NCBI GenBank assembly: GCA_018057345.1
Contig: JAGPDW010000001.1
Coordinates: 13,669 to 69,909, forward strand
DNA from: Bacteroidia bacterium
Lineage (GTDB): Bacteria; Bacteroidota; Bacteroidia; B-17B0; Aurantibacillaceae
DNA length: 56,241 nt
Direction: 5' to 3'
The translations under genes were made by a program, and so were the position numbers. Position 1 is the first letter of the stretch; every line of letters starts with the position of its first letter. The notes beneath the pieces were generated by a model. The model saw nothing but the letters and a program-made list of their open reading frames with translations, was not told the origin of the DNA and did not search any database. Positions 17,849 through 27,707 of the stretch are shown one piece after another.

Positions 17849-19822
17849 TTATGCCTTTTTTAATTTTTTAGAACTTGATAAATAATTGCTCATCTGCGTT
17901 AGAATATTATCGGCAGTGATAGGTAATCCATTATAATTTAAAACCGAGATCAATTTAGCAGGATTCGCTTGTAATTCGATCATCAACAAACTTTTCATTT
18001 GCGCATCACGATTTTGTTCAATAACAAAAATGCGTTTGTGTGAATTAATAAAATCTTCAACCGTTTTATTGAAAGGGAAAGCTTTTAAACGAATGGCATC
18101 AACCGGTTTTCCTTGCTCTTTTAAAATATCCATTGCTTCTTCGGCCGCGTATTGAGATGTGCCGAAAAATAAAATTCCATTCTCAGACTTATTTGATTTT
18201 TGATATACTTGTGGCGCGGGCACCATTTTTTTTGCTGTATCCCATTTTACCATCAAGCGATCCATGTTGCGTTGGTACGAACCACTATCTTCTGTGTAAA
18301 CCGCGTATTCATCGCGCGAAGTACCGCGTGTAAAAAATGAACCTTTAGATGGATGCGTTCCCGGAATTGTGCGATACGTAATACCGTCTTTATCCACATC
18401 TAAGTAACGGCCAAATTTTTCGATTTTCTCAAGCGCTTCTGCATCTAACACTTTTCCACGTTTGTATTCACGTTTGTCATCCCAAACCAACGGTGGTGTC
18501 ATATGATCATTCATTCCCAGATCAAGATCCGTCATAACAATAATCGGCGTTTGCAATCCTTCTGCAAGATCAAATGAATCGGCGGTTAGATCAAAACATT
18601 CTTTTGGTGTTGACGGAAAAAGCATAACATGTTTTGTATCTCCGTGGGAAGCGTAAGCTCCTTCTAAAATATCTGATTGCTGCGTTCTTGTTGGCATACC
18701 AGTTGATGGACCGGTACGTTGTACATCCACCAATACAGTTGGTATCTCAGCAAAATATGCTAAGCCCAAAAATTCATTCATTAATGATAAACCCGGTCCG
18801 CTTGTTGCCGTAAATGAACGAGCTCCATTCCAATTTGCACCTATCACCATTCCAATGGCAGCTAACTCATCTTCTGCTTGTACAATAGCTACATTTTTTT
18901 TGCCGGTAACTTTATCTACACGGAATTCAGCAGCAAAATCGCTAAAGCCTTCAACAACAGAAGTAGACGGTGTAATAGGATACCAAGCTGCAAACGTTGC
19001 ACCACCATAAACTGCTCCTAAACCACAGGCAGCGTTACCTTCCATCATGATCCAATCCTTTACAAGGTTTCTTCTTTCAACGCGAATATCTAAAGGGTAT
19101 TTGAAATTTGCTTTTACGTAATCCATTCCCAGTTGTAATGCTTTTACGTTCATTGGAATTAATTTTTCTTTTCCTTTGAATTGCTCTGCTAAAAGTCCTT
19201 CCACTACGCCAAATTCAATGTCTAATAAAGCTATTAATGCTCCAACATAAACTATGTTCTTGAATAATTGACGTTGACGTGCATCAGTATATGCTTCGTT
19301 ACAGATCTGCATTAAAGGAATACCAATATAATTAATGTCGGCTCGGTGATACTGAGAATGCAATGGCTTTGAACTATCAAATAAAAAATATCCGCCTTTT
19401 CTTACCGACTTCACATCCGTAAGCATGCTTTGTGGATTAACGGCCACCATAAGATCAATGCCTTCTCTGCGTCCTAAATATCCTTTTTCGCTTACGCGTA
19501 CTTCGTACCATGTTGGTAAGCCCTGAATATTAGAAGGGAAAATATTTTTTGGTGTTACAGGAATTCCCATGCGGAAAATTGCCTTTGTAAACAAAAAATT
19601 CGCACTTGCCGAACCGGTTCCGTTAACGTTAGCAAATCGGATAACAAAATCATTCAATTTACTTTTGTTGATCACTTTTGCAGTCACTTTTTTTGTGGCT
19701 TTTTTCACAGGTGCTTTTTTAGCAACCTTTTTTATGCTTTTTTTGCTCGCAACCTTAACAGATCTCTTTACCACCTTCTTAGTTACCTTCTTAGTTACTT
19801 TTTTCTTTAGCTTTTTTGACAT
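17849..19822 (-). CDS. korA: 2-oxoacid:acceptor oxidoreductase alpha(gamma) subunit with Lys-rich N-terminal tail
   Basis: ANVNGTGSAS, FPSNIQGLPT, YPITPSTS, QAEDELAA, TATSGPG, QRTGPSTGMPTRTQQSD. Confidence 0.93.
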   Translation of the reverse strand: MSKKLKKKVTKKVTKKVVKRSVKVASKKSIKKVAKKAPVKKATKKVTAKVINKSKLNDFVIRFANVNGTGSASANFLFTKAIFRMGIPVTPKNIFPSNIQGLPTWYEVRVSEKGYLGRREGIDLMVAVNPQSMLTDVKSVRKGGYFLFDSSKPLHSQYHRADINYIGIPLMQICNEAYTDARQRQLFKNIVYVGALIALLDIEFGVVEGLLAEQFKGKEKLIPMNVKALQLGMDYVKANFKYPLDIRVERRNLVKDWIMMEGNAACGLGAVYGGATFAAWYPITPSTSVVEGFSDFAAEFRVDKVTGKKNVAIVQAEDELAAIGMVIGANWNGARSFTATSGPGLSLMNEFLGLAYFAEIPTVLVDVQRTGPSTGMPTRTQQSDILEGAYASHGDTKHVMLFPSTPKECFDLTADSFDLAEGLQTPIIVMTDLDLGMNDHMTPPLVWDDKREYKRGKVLDAEALEKIEKFGRYLDVDKDGITYRTIPGTHPSKGSFFTRGTSRDEYAVYTEDSGSYQRNMDRLMVKWDTAKKMVPAPQVYQKSNKSENGILFFGTSQYAAEEAMDILKEQGKPVDAIRLKAFPFNKTVEDFINSHKRIFVIEQNRDAQMKSLLMIELQANPAKLISVLNYNGLPITADNILTQMSNYLSSSKKLKKA

Positions 19823-21606
19823 CCTGTATGTGTTTTAGTTACGTTGTAGAAGAATTTTTGCATATCCCAAGCAGCTGTTGGGCAACGTTCGGCGCATAAT
19901 CCACAATGCAAACAAACGTTTTCATCTTTTATCATTACTCTCTTTGTTGGAAGAACGCCTGACACATAAAGATCTTGTGTTTTATTTGTTGCAGGCATCT
20001 TTAACTTGTTTCGCAGATCATTTTCATCTCCTGCATTCTCAGTGAACGTGATACAAGCCGTTGGACAAACATCCATACAGGCATCGCACTCAATACATTT
20101 AGTTTCGGTAAATACAGTTTGAACATCACAATTTAAACAGCGTTCTGCTTCCTTAAACCCTGTTAAACGATCAAATCCTAATTCAACTTCTTTTTTTCTA
20201 TTTGAAAGCGTTACTTTTTTATCGGCTTGAGGCACAACATAGCGCTCATCACTTGCCACTTCACTATCGTAACTCCATTCGTGAATTCCCATTTTTTGAC
20301 TTACAAGATTCACCATTGGATCTAGACGCTTATTTAGATCAATACCATTACAAAAATTATTTATTGAAACAGCTGCCTGATGGCCGTGAGCAACTGCGGT
20401 AATTACGTTTTTAGGTCCCCAAGCTGCGTCACCTCCAAAAAACACTTTAGGATTTGTTGACACAAATGTTTTTTCATTCACAGTTGGCATTTCCCACTTA
20501 TCAAATTCAATTCCTAGGTCACGTTCTATCCACGGAAAACTATTCTCTTGTCCAACAGCGATCAACACATCGTCAGCTTCAATAAAAACATCATCACCAC
20601 CAACAGGAACTAATTTTCTTTTTCCGCCTTCGTAAACAGCAGTTACTTTTTCAAAGGTCATTCCTTTTAATACACCATTCTCAACAACAAATGTTTTTGG
20701 AACGTGATTATCAATGATGGGAATATCTTCATGCGCTGCATCTTCTTTTTCCCAAGGAGAAGCTTTCATTTCTGCAAAAGGAGAACGTACAACAACCTTT
20801 ACTTGAGTTCCGCCTAAGCGACGTGCAGTTCTGCAACAATCCATCGCAGTATTTCCACCTCCTAAAACAATAACTTTTTTTCCGACCTTAGTTGTGTGTT
20901 CAAAAGCAACACTTGCTAACCAATTAATTCCAAGGTGAATATTTGCCGCACCCTCTTTTCGGCCCGGTAGATCAGGTAGATCTCTTCCGCGCGGCGCTCC
21001 TGTACCAACAAAAACAGCATCATAATCTTTACTTAACACTTCATCTTTCATGCTTTTTACATAATGATTAAAGTGTGAGTGAATTCCCAGATCTAAAATA
21101 TAATTTACTTCTTGATCTAATACAGTTTCCGGTAATCGGAAAGAAGGGATCTGACTGCGCATAAATCCACCGCCCTTTTTCTGTTCGTCAAATAAATGCA
21201 ATTCGTATCCTAACGGTGCAAGATCTCGAGCAACGGTTAATGAAGCAGGGCCTCCGCCGATCAATGCAACTTTTTTACCATTTGACTTGAATGGACCTTT
21301 TGGCATTAAATTTTTTACATCGTCTTTATCCGCATTATCTGCAGCAACACGTTTAAGTCGGCAAATGGCAACCGGCTCTTCATCTACACGTCCGCGACGG
21401 CAGGCAGGTTCGCAAGGGCGATCACACGTTCTTCCTAATACTCCAGGGAAAACGTTCGAATCCCAATTGATCATATAAGCTCCGGTGTAATCTCCGGCAG
21501 CAATAAGTCGGATGTATTCAGGAACGGGTGTATGCGCAGGACATGCGTATTGGCAGTCGACCACTTTATGGAAATATTCAGGGTCTTTAATGTTGGTTGG
21601 TTTCAA
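19807..21606 (-). CDS. GltD-like FAD/NAD(P)H oxidoreductase with C-terminal 2x[4Fe-4S] ferredoxin (KorC-like)
   Basis: CQYACPAH, CDRPCEPACRR, GGGPAS, GGGNTAMDC, CIECDACMDVCP, CLHCGLCAERCP. TTG start. Overlaps korA by 16 nt. Confidence 0.9.
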   Translation of the reverse strand: MKPTNIKDPEYFHKVVDCQYACPAHTPVPEYIRLIAAGDYTGAYMINWDSNVFPGVLGRTCDRPCEPACRRGRVDEEPVAICRLKRVAADNADKDDVKNLMPKGPFKSNGKKVALIGGGPASLTVARDLAPLGYELHLFDEQKKGGGFMRSQIPSFRLPETVLDQEVNYILDLGIHSHFNHYVKSMKDEVLSKDYDAVFVGTGAPRGRDLPDLPGRKEGAANIHLGINWLASVAFEHTTKVGKKVIVLGGGNTAMDCCRTARRLGGTQVKVVVRSPFAEMKASPWEKEDAAHEDIPIIDNHVPKTFVVENGVLKGMTFEKVTAVYEGGKRKLVPVGGDDVFIEADDVLIAVGQENSFPWIERDLGIEFDKWEMPTVNEKTFVSTNPKVFFGGDAAWGPKNVITAVAHGHQAAVSINNFCNGIDLNKRLDPMVNLVSQKMGIHEWSYDSEVASDERYVVPQADKKVTLSNRKKEVELGFDRLTGFKEAERCLNCDVQTVFTETKCIECDACMDVCPTACITFTENAGDENDLRNKLKMPATNKTQDLYVSGVLPTKRVMIKDENVCLHCGLCAERCPTAAWDMQKFFYNVTKTHTGCQKS

Positions 21607-21996
21607 GGTGTAATTATTTTAATGAGCGATGTTTTTCTGTAAAATTTTCCTGACAAATATGTAAATATTCGGCATTACTTCCAAGCAAATATTAATAATA
21701 ATTAAGCGCAAAATGACTGTTATTTTTATACCTAAATTCGTACAAAAAACGAAGGTCTTGGTATGGCGAAAACTATGGATTCATCACCTAATCAATTAAT
21801 TAATTGATCTAGTGGCTTAAATTCATGAAAGATCAAGGAATTACACAGCTCTTTTTGCCTTAATTAGTCTTTTCTCGAAAAGTAATAAACCGGAATGCCG
21901 ATGAGCGTTATAACCTTGCTATGGTTTTAGCTTTGGGAATATTAGGGTCGATAAAGAAATGATTTATTTAAAAATAGAAGAATTTACTTTAAAAAA

Positions 21997-22356
21997 CTAC
22001 TCTTCTACATCCAATCTAAACTTATGCAAGAATCGATGAAACACGGGACTAAACAAAACAGCAACACTAGTTAAAAACGCAACACCGCTATAAATAGAAT
22101 AAATGGATGCGAAAATTTTCGCAGAATCATCAGGGGCTTTATCTACAGGGCCCATTCCCGTTAAAATTAAACTGGCATTGTAAAAGCTATCAACCCAAGG
22201 TAATTGAAAATAAATATGGTAACCAATTGCACCAATGCCCAAAGAGAATACAATAAATATCAAGGCAAAAGATGCACTCCTGAACAGACTGGTGAAAAAG
22301 TGTTTCTTGTGCGGAAGTTTTTTTGTTTTATGCCGATGCTCAGATTCGTTTGTCAT
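21997..22356 (-). CDS. Small 2TM + pore-helix membrane protein (Ion_trans_2-like, non-canonical filter)
   Basis: TM1, then WVDSFYNASLILTGMGP, then TM2 (AKIFASIYSIYSG). Confidence 0.65.
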   Translation of the reverse strand: MTNESEHRHKTKKLPHKKHFFTSLFRSASFALIFIVFSLGIGAIGYHIYFQLPWVDSFYNASLILTGMGPVDKAPDDSAKIFASIYSIYSGVAFLTSVAVLFSPVFHRFLHKFRLDVEE

Positions 22357-22445
22357 AATTAACTCTTTTTCTAATATCTTCGATCGGTATAAACAATTAC
22401 TAATTGCGAATTGTCCTTAGGTTTATTTCTTAAAAAGTAATTGCA

Positions 22446-25070
22446 TTACTTTCCACCTAATCTAAATCCTAAAGTTTGCTTGTTCTCGGTTTGACCAACT
22501 TCCAAATGCTTCACATCATCAATAGATAATGTTTCCAATTCTTCGGTGGTGCGTTTACTTGCTTCCATAGCTGCCAAACGCAAATTTTGTTTTTTTACCA
22601 CACCGCCTACCATTTGTCGTACTGTGCGTGCATTTCCAAAATGGTTATCACGTTTTTCGTATAAAGCGCTCAAGTAATTTTGCATATGCTCCGATGCTTG
22701 CGGAGATGCCTTCAATCCTTCTTGCTTTAATAAATTATGTGCAATGGTTAGCAATTGTTCCGGCGCATAATCTTCAAATAAAAATGTTTTATCAAAACGC
22801 GATTTAAAGCCCGGATTACTTTCAATGAACTGGTGCATGTTTTGCGGATAGCCAGCAACGATCACGCCAAATTTACCGCGCTGATCCTCCATGCGTTTTA
22901 AAATAACTTGTATTGCTTCGGCCCCAAAATCATGAGAGGTAGAAACATTTGCTAAAGCGTAAGCTTCGTCAATAAATAAAATGCCGCCCATAGCCTCTTC
23001 AATTTTCTCGGCAGTTTTAATGGCGGTTTGTCCAACATAACCTGCAACCAATCCTTCGCGATCAACTTCTACACATTGTCCACGTTCTAAAACACCAAGG
23101 GCTTTGTAAATTTTTGCCATGATGCGTGCCACCGTTGTTTTTCCTGTTCCAGGATTTCCGGTGAAAACAGTATGTAATGAGAATTTATTCACCACATCTT
23201 TTCCTGTCTCATTATAGAAGCGAATCAGTTTAACCATCTCGTTAATATCTTCCTTCACTTTTTCTAAGCCCACCAGCTCGCTCAATTCGCTCAATGCCAA
23301 TTGCAATTCCTTATCATTGATCACCAATTTTAGTTTCTTCTTTTGTTCTGCCAAAAATCCCACACGCAGGTCTTCTAGTGTAATTGTAGAAAGTTCTTCA
23401 TTAGTAAGTGCATTCATATCCGGCGATTTCATTAAACGTAATCCCATATCCATTTTTGCTTCGTCAACTAATGCGTTCACAAAACGTGCATTTCCAAAAC
23501 TCTCATCACGCTTACGATACGCTTCCGTTAATTGCTCCTTTAAATAATCTTCGGCGTCCTTTGCAAAATCAACTTGTCTGTTCTTTGCAGAATATATTGC
23601 TATTTGATACAATTCATCTGGCAAATAATCTTCAAAATGGAAATATTGTGTAAAACGAGATTTCAATCCCGGATTACTTTCAATGAATGTTTTCATTTCT
23701 TTTGGATACCCAGCGCCAATAATGGCAATATCACCAGGGCCATCACTCATCTCTTTCAACAAGGTTTCAATAACTTCTTTTCCAAAATCCTTGCTATCAT
23801 CATCCGTTCGTGCCAATGAATACGCTTCATCAATAAATAAAATTCCGCCTCGGGCACTATCAATTGCTTTTTTTGTTTTAGGTGCTGTTTGTCCTATAAA
23901 TTCTCCCACCAAGGATGCACGATCAACTTCTACCACATGGCCTTTTGTAAGCAGTCCCATTTTTTGGTAGATCTTACCTAACATTTTTACAATGGTTGTT
24001 TTTCCTGTTCCCGGGTTTCCGGTAAAAATGCTATGCAGCGATAGTTTATCATTATCCTCAAATCCTTTTTCGCGACGAACCTTTGTGAAATTCAAATAAG
24101 TGATATTCTCGCGTATTGATTTTTTTACGCCTTCCAAACCAATTAATCCATCTAACTCCGCCAATAATTCATCCAATGTTTTTGAATCTCCATTGTCAAT
24201 TACATTTTTCTTCACATCACTTCCGGCGGTTCCAACTGCCAAAGTTTGTTCAATATTTTTGATCAATTCCAATTCACCTTCTTCATCTGCGTCGGCACAA
24301 TTAAAACTTACAGCTCCAACCAATACGTCATTAAATACAACTTCTAAAGTATATTTATCATCAACCCAAGTTCCGCCGTCTTCAGTTCCCCAACCTCGCT
24401 CAATATAATAACTAAAATCAGCGCGGTTATCGCCCATATAAGCTGCATGCAAAACGCTTGCCTTAGGTTGACCCGCATCATCAAAGTAATTCAAATAAAA
24501 TTCGTAATTATAATCTTGAGCTGTAAGATTCTTGAATTTGATCTCTGTCCAAATATATCGGGTCGATTTTTTATTGAATGTCTTTAAATATTTTCGATTG
24601 CGTTGTTGCCAGCCATTTGAATCGCCTTCAAATAATTTAATATGCTCGATTGTAAAATACGGATTGTGGTTATTGGTTACCTTTCCTACTTCGTTGATAT
24701 GAAATAATTTTTCACCAATCATCACACCATCAATATACGCTTGCCATTTGTACGAACCCTTGTTCCAAAACTCTCCTATGGTTGCATTTCCCCAACCGTC
24801 GCGGAAATAAAAAATATTCTCTTCTTTTTTTACAGTGATATTCTCTTCTAAACTGCAATGTTCTTTAGTTCCTTTTTCGTCAACAGCCTTCAACGTAAGC
24901 TTCGCCGTCCAGTCTTCTTCATCAAACAATTTATTATATATAGCCACTTCGCAGCGCACATAATCTACTTCTTCCTTATCAAAACTACTGCGGTAACGTT
25001 TTGCCGAATTTGCCATCCACTCATTGCTCGCGAATGTATTGAGGCCCTTTAATTTAAATCGTTTTTCCAT
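22446..25070 (-). CDS. Tandem CbbX/SpoVK/EccA-clade AAA+ ATPase with duplicated N-terminal domain
   Basis: Two Walker A (GNPGTGKTT), two Walker B (ILFIDEAY), two SNPG..SRF and two FGNAR lid motifs. C-terminal LGF. Confidence 0.9.
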   Translation of the reverse strand: MEKRFKLKGLNTFASNEWMANSAKRYRSSFDKEEVDYVRCEVAIYNKLFDEEDWTAKLTLKAVDEKGTKEHCSLEENITVKKEENIFYFRDGWGNATIGEFWNKGSYKWQAYIDGVMIGEKLFHINEVGKVTNNHNPYFTIEHIKLFEGDSNGWQQRNRKYLKTFNKKSTRYIWTEIKFKNLTAQDYNYEFYLNYFDDAGQPKASVLHAAYMGDNRADFSYYIERGWGTEDGGTWVDDKYTLEVVFNDVLVGAVSFNCADADEEGELELIKNIEQTLAVGTAGSDVKKNVIDNGDSKTLDELLAELDGLIGLEGVKKSIRENITYLNFTKVRREKGFEDNDKLSLHSIFTGNPGTGKTTIVKMLGKIYQKMGLLTKGHVVEVDRASLVGEFIGQTAPKTKKAIDSARGGILFIDEAYSLARTDDDSKDFGKEVIETLLKEMSDGPGDIAIIGAGYPKEMKTFIESNPGLKSRFTQYFHFEDYLPDELYQIAIYSAKNRQVDFAKDAEDYLKEQLTEAYRKRDESFGNARFVNALVDEAKMDMGLRLMKSPDMNALTNEELSTITLEDLRVGFLAEQKKKLKLVINDKELQLALSELSELVGLEKVKEDINEMVKLIRFYNETGKDVVNKFSLHTVFTGNPGTGKTTVARIMAKIYKALGVLERGQCVEVDREGLVAGYVGQTAIKTAEKIEEAMGGILFIDEAYALANVSTSHDFGAEAIQVILKRMEDQRGKFGVIVAGYPQNMHQFIESNPGFKSRFDKTFLFEDYAPEQLLTIAHNLLKQEGLKASPQASEHMQNYLSALYEKRDNHFGNARTVRQMVGGVVKKQNLRLAAMEASKRTTEELETLSIDDVKHLEVGQTENKQTLGFRLGGK

Positions 25071-25174
25071 CTTACTTAAAAATAGTTCTTTGTTTTAAAT
25101 ATTTAGCATTCTAAATTTACAGTGATTTTAATAATTTAAAAATATATAATTTAGCGCTCAACTTAATTTAACAT

Positions 25175-25864
25175 ATGGACGAATTAAAACATATTTTATT
25201 TATCGACATTGAAACTGTTCCGCAAACCTATAAGTATGAGGAATTACGGTCAGATACTCGCAATTTGTGGGATACAAAGTGGCAGTATAGTAAAGATATT
25301 TCGGCAGAACAACATTATGCCAAAGCAGGCATCTTTGCAGAATTTGCCAAGGTAATTAGCATTGGGCTAGGCTATTACAACGGTGAAGAATTCAGAGTAA
25401 AATGTATTTCGGGTGATGATGAGAAAAAAATATTGATTGAATTTTATGAGTTGGCAAATAAACACTTTAATAAAAAAGAGCATTGCTTATGTGCGCATAA
25501 TGGGAAGGAATTTGATTACCCCTTTTTATGCCGAAGGTTTTTGGTTAATGGACTAAAGCTTCCGAAAATTTTACAGATCCAGGGCAAAAAACCTTGGGAG
25601 ATCCAACATTTGGATACCATGGAATTATGGAAATTTGGCGACCACAAAAACTACACTTCTTTGAATTTATTGGCGCATGTTTTTAACATCCCCTCACCAA
25701 AAGACGACATGGATGGAAGCATGGTAAGTAAAGTTTACTACGAAGAAAAAGATCTTAAAAAGATCAATACATATTGTATGAAAGATGTGATCACATTAGC
25801 TCGTGTGTACGGAAGATTTGTTGCGGCAGAAGAATTGAATGAGGACAACATTGTTTACATATAA
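25175..25864 (+). CDS. Stand-alone PolB-type (DEDD) 3'-5' exonuclease
   Basis: ExoI FIDIET, ExoII AHNGKEFDYPFL, ExoIII YCMKDV. Confidence 0.88.
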   Translation: MDELKHILFIDIETVPQTYKYEELRSDTRNLWDTKWQYSKDISAEQHYAKAGIFAEFAKVISIGLGYYNGEEFRVKCISGDDEKKILIEFYELANKHFNKKEHCLCAHNGKEFDYPFLCRRFLVNGLKLPKILQIQGKKPWEIQHLDTMELWKFGDHKNYTSLNLLAHVFNIPSPKDDMDGSMVSKVYYEEKDLKKINTYCMKDVITLARVYGRFVAAEELNEDNIVYI

Positions 25865-26073
25865 TTCAAGATCCTAGCAACGCAAAATCATAAACGTCTT
25901 AGGGTCAAATTAGTTGTTGGGATCTTACACAATGATCGTAGAGGGCCCCATTACTGGAAATAAAAAGTGAGATTTTTTTTGTGTTGCGTGTTTACGTGTA
26001 TGAAAGCCATTAGTTGTTCTGTGGCTTCTGTCTCTTTTGTTCCATAAAAATTCCCTAACTTCACCACAAATAT

Positions 26074-27069
26074 ATGGCGCACTTAAAACTAGCAATTATT
26101 GGAAATGGGAGTTGGGGAACTGCACTCGCTAAATTATTTCTAAACAATTCTGATCATATCCATTGGTTCATGCGTAAGCAAGAGGATGTTGATTTTATGA
26201 AAACGTACAGCAATAATCCTCGCTACATTAGTTCGGTTGAGTTTGATACATCTAAGATCACATTTTATACAGATATTAAAGCGTGCATAAAAGATTCAGA
26301 ATTTATTGTATTGGCGGTTCCATCGGCGTTTATTGCTGATACACTTTCTTCTTTATCAAAAGAAGACTTTAAAGGCAAAACATTTTTCTCGGCCATTAAA
26401 GGTATTGTACCACAACATAATTTAATTGTTGGCGAATATTTAAATCAGATCTACGAAGTTCCATTTACCAATATTGGCGTGATTACCGGTCCGTGCCACG
26501 CCGAAGAAGTTGCTTTGGAAAAATTGAGCTATTTAACTATAGCAAGTCAAAATTCGCAAAGCGCACAAAAAATTAAAGATCTTTTAATTTGTCGTTATTT
26601 AAAAGCAATCACCAGCGATGATATTTATGGCACAGAATACGCAGCCGTTCTAAAAAATGTGATAGCAGTTGCAGGAGGAATTTGTCACGCTTTAGGATAC
26701 GGTGATAATTATTTAGCGGTATTAGTGAGTAATGCCATTCAAGAAATAAAACGTTTTGTAGATGCGGTTCATCCAATTGACAGAGATATAAAAGCCTCGG
26801 CTTATTTGGGCGATTTAATGGTAACAGCTTATTCGCAATTTAGCAGGAACAGAATGTTTGGAACCATGTTGGGTAAAGGTTACAGTGTAAAGCAAGCTCA
26901 GCTGGAAATGAACATGATAGCTGAAGGATATTATGCCGTGAAGTGTGTGTACGAAATAAATAAACAGTACAACGTAGATATGCCAATCACAAACGCAGTT
27001 TATAGGATCATTTATCAAAAACAGGATCCCAAAAGAGAAATAGAGAACTTATCTAATTTATTGTCATAG
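26074..27069 (+). CDS. gpsA: NAD(P)H-dependent glycerol-3-phosphate dehydrogenase
   Basis: GNGSWGTAL, GPCHAEEV, LKNVIA, AYLGDLMVTAYSQFSRNR. Confidence 0.95.
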   Translation: MAHLKLAIIGNGSWGTALAKLFLNNSDHIHWFMRKQEDVDFMKTYSNNPRYISSVEFDTSKITFYTDIKACIKDSEFIVLAVPSAFIADTLSSLSKEDFKGKTFFSAIKGIVPQHNLIVGEYLNQIYEVPFTNIGVITGPCHAEEVALEKLSYLTIASQNSQSAQKIKDLLICRYLKAITSDDIYGTEYAAVLKNVIAVAGGICHALGYGDNYLAVLVSNAIQEIKRFVDAVHPIDRDIKASAYLGDLMVTAYSQFSRNRMFGTMLGKGYSVKQAQLEMNMIAEGYYAVKCVYEINKQYNVDMPITNAVYRIIYQKQDPKREIENLSNLLS

Positions 27070-27070
27070 C

Positions 27071-27706
27071 TTGCGTTCGATAGCATTTACCATATCCGCT
27101 CTTTTTCATCCTCTACTAATGGCAAGTTATGCTTGCCTTCTCCTTTTTTTTGGTTTTAAAGATACAGTGTTCGAATTAATGACTGCAAGCAGTACCAAAT
27201 GGCAAATTACCCTTACAGTTTGTGCTTTTACATTTGTTTTACCTGTACTAAATATTTATTTGATGTACAAATTAAAACGTATTCAAAGCATTACTTTGAG
27301 CGAGCAAAATGAGCGCACATTTCCATATATCATGACTGCGATCTTTTATTTTGGATTATTTTATTTGTTCTATGGTCTACGCATTTGGGAAAGCATAAAA
27401 CTATTTGTACTATGTGCGGGCACTGCTATTTTATTTACGGCAGTTATCAATTTGCGTTATAAAATTAGCGCGCACATGGTTGGTATTGGAGGTATAGTTG
27501 GCATGATGATATCGTTAAGCATTTTATTACAATACGATCTTTTACTTTTTATAATTGCTACCATTTTAATTGGCGGCATAATTGGTTGGGCGCGCATTGT
27601 GCTTGAGGAACACAAGCCCTCGCAGGTATATACAGGTTTTTTATTAGGGGTAAGTTGCCAGTTGGTTTTGTTCTTACCTTTACAACAATTATCACTTAAT
27701 TTTTAA
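27071..27706 (+). CDS. PAP2-like multi-pass membrane protein
   Basis: About 6 TM segments; KISAHM and ARIVLEEHKPSQVYTGF. TTG start. Confidence 0.7.
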   Translation: MRSIAFTISALFHPLLMASYACLLLFFGFKDTVFELMTASSTKWQITLTVCAFTFVLPVLNIYLMYKLKRIQSITLSEQNERTFPYIMTAIFYFGLFYLFYGLRIWESIKLFVLCAGTAILFTAVINLRYKISAHMVGIGGIVGMMISLSILLQYDLLLFIIATILIGGIIGWARIVLEEHKPSQVYTGFLLGVSCQLVLFLPLQQLSLNF

Positions 27707-27707
27707 A

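Noticed and set aside
19569-19838. Hydrophobic 89-aa plus-strand ORF
   Set aside because: The Phe/Leu richness is the reverse complement of the Lys codons in the KorA tail.
22446-25864. AAA+ ATPase plus exonuclease as an anti-phage system
   Set aside because: The genes are divergent, sit in a housekeeping context, and the exonuclease is a common stand-alone type. No defence-island evidence.
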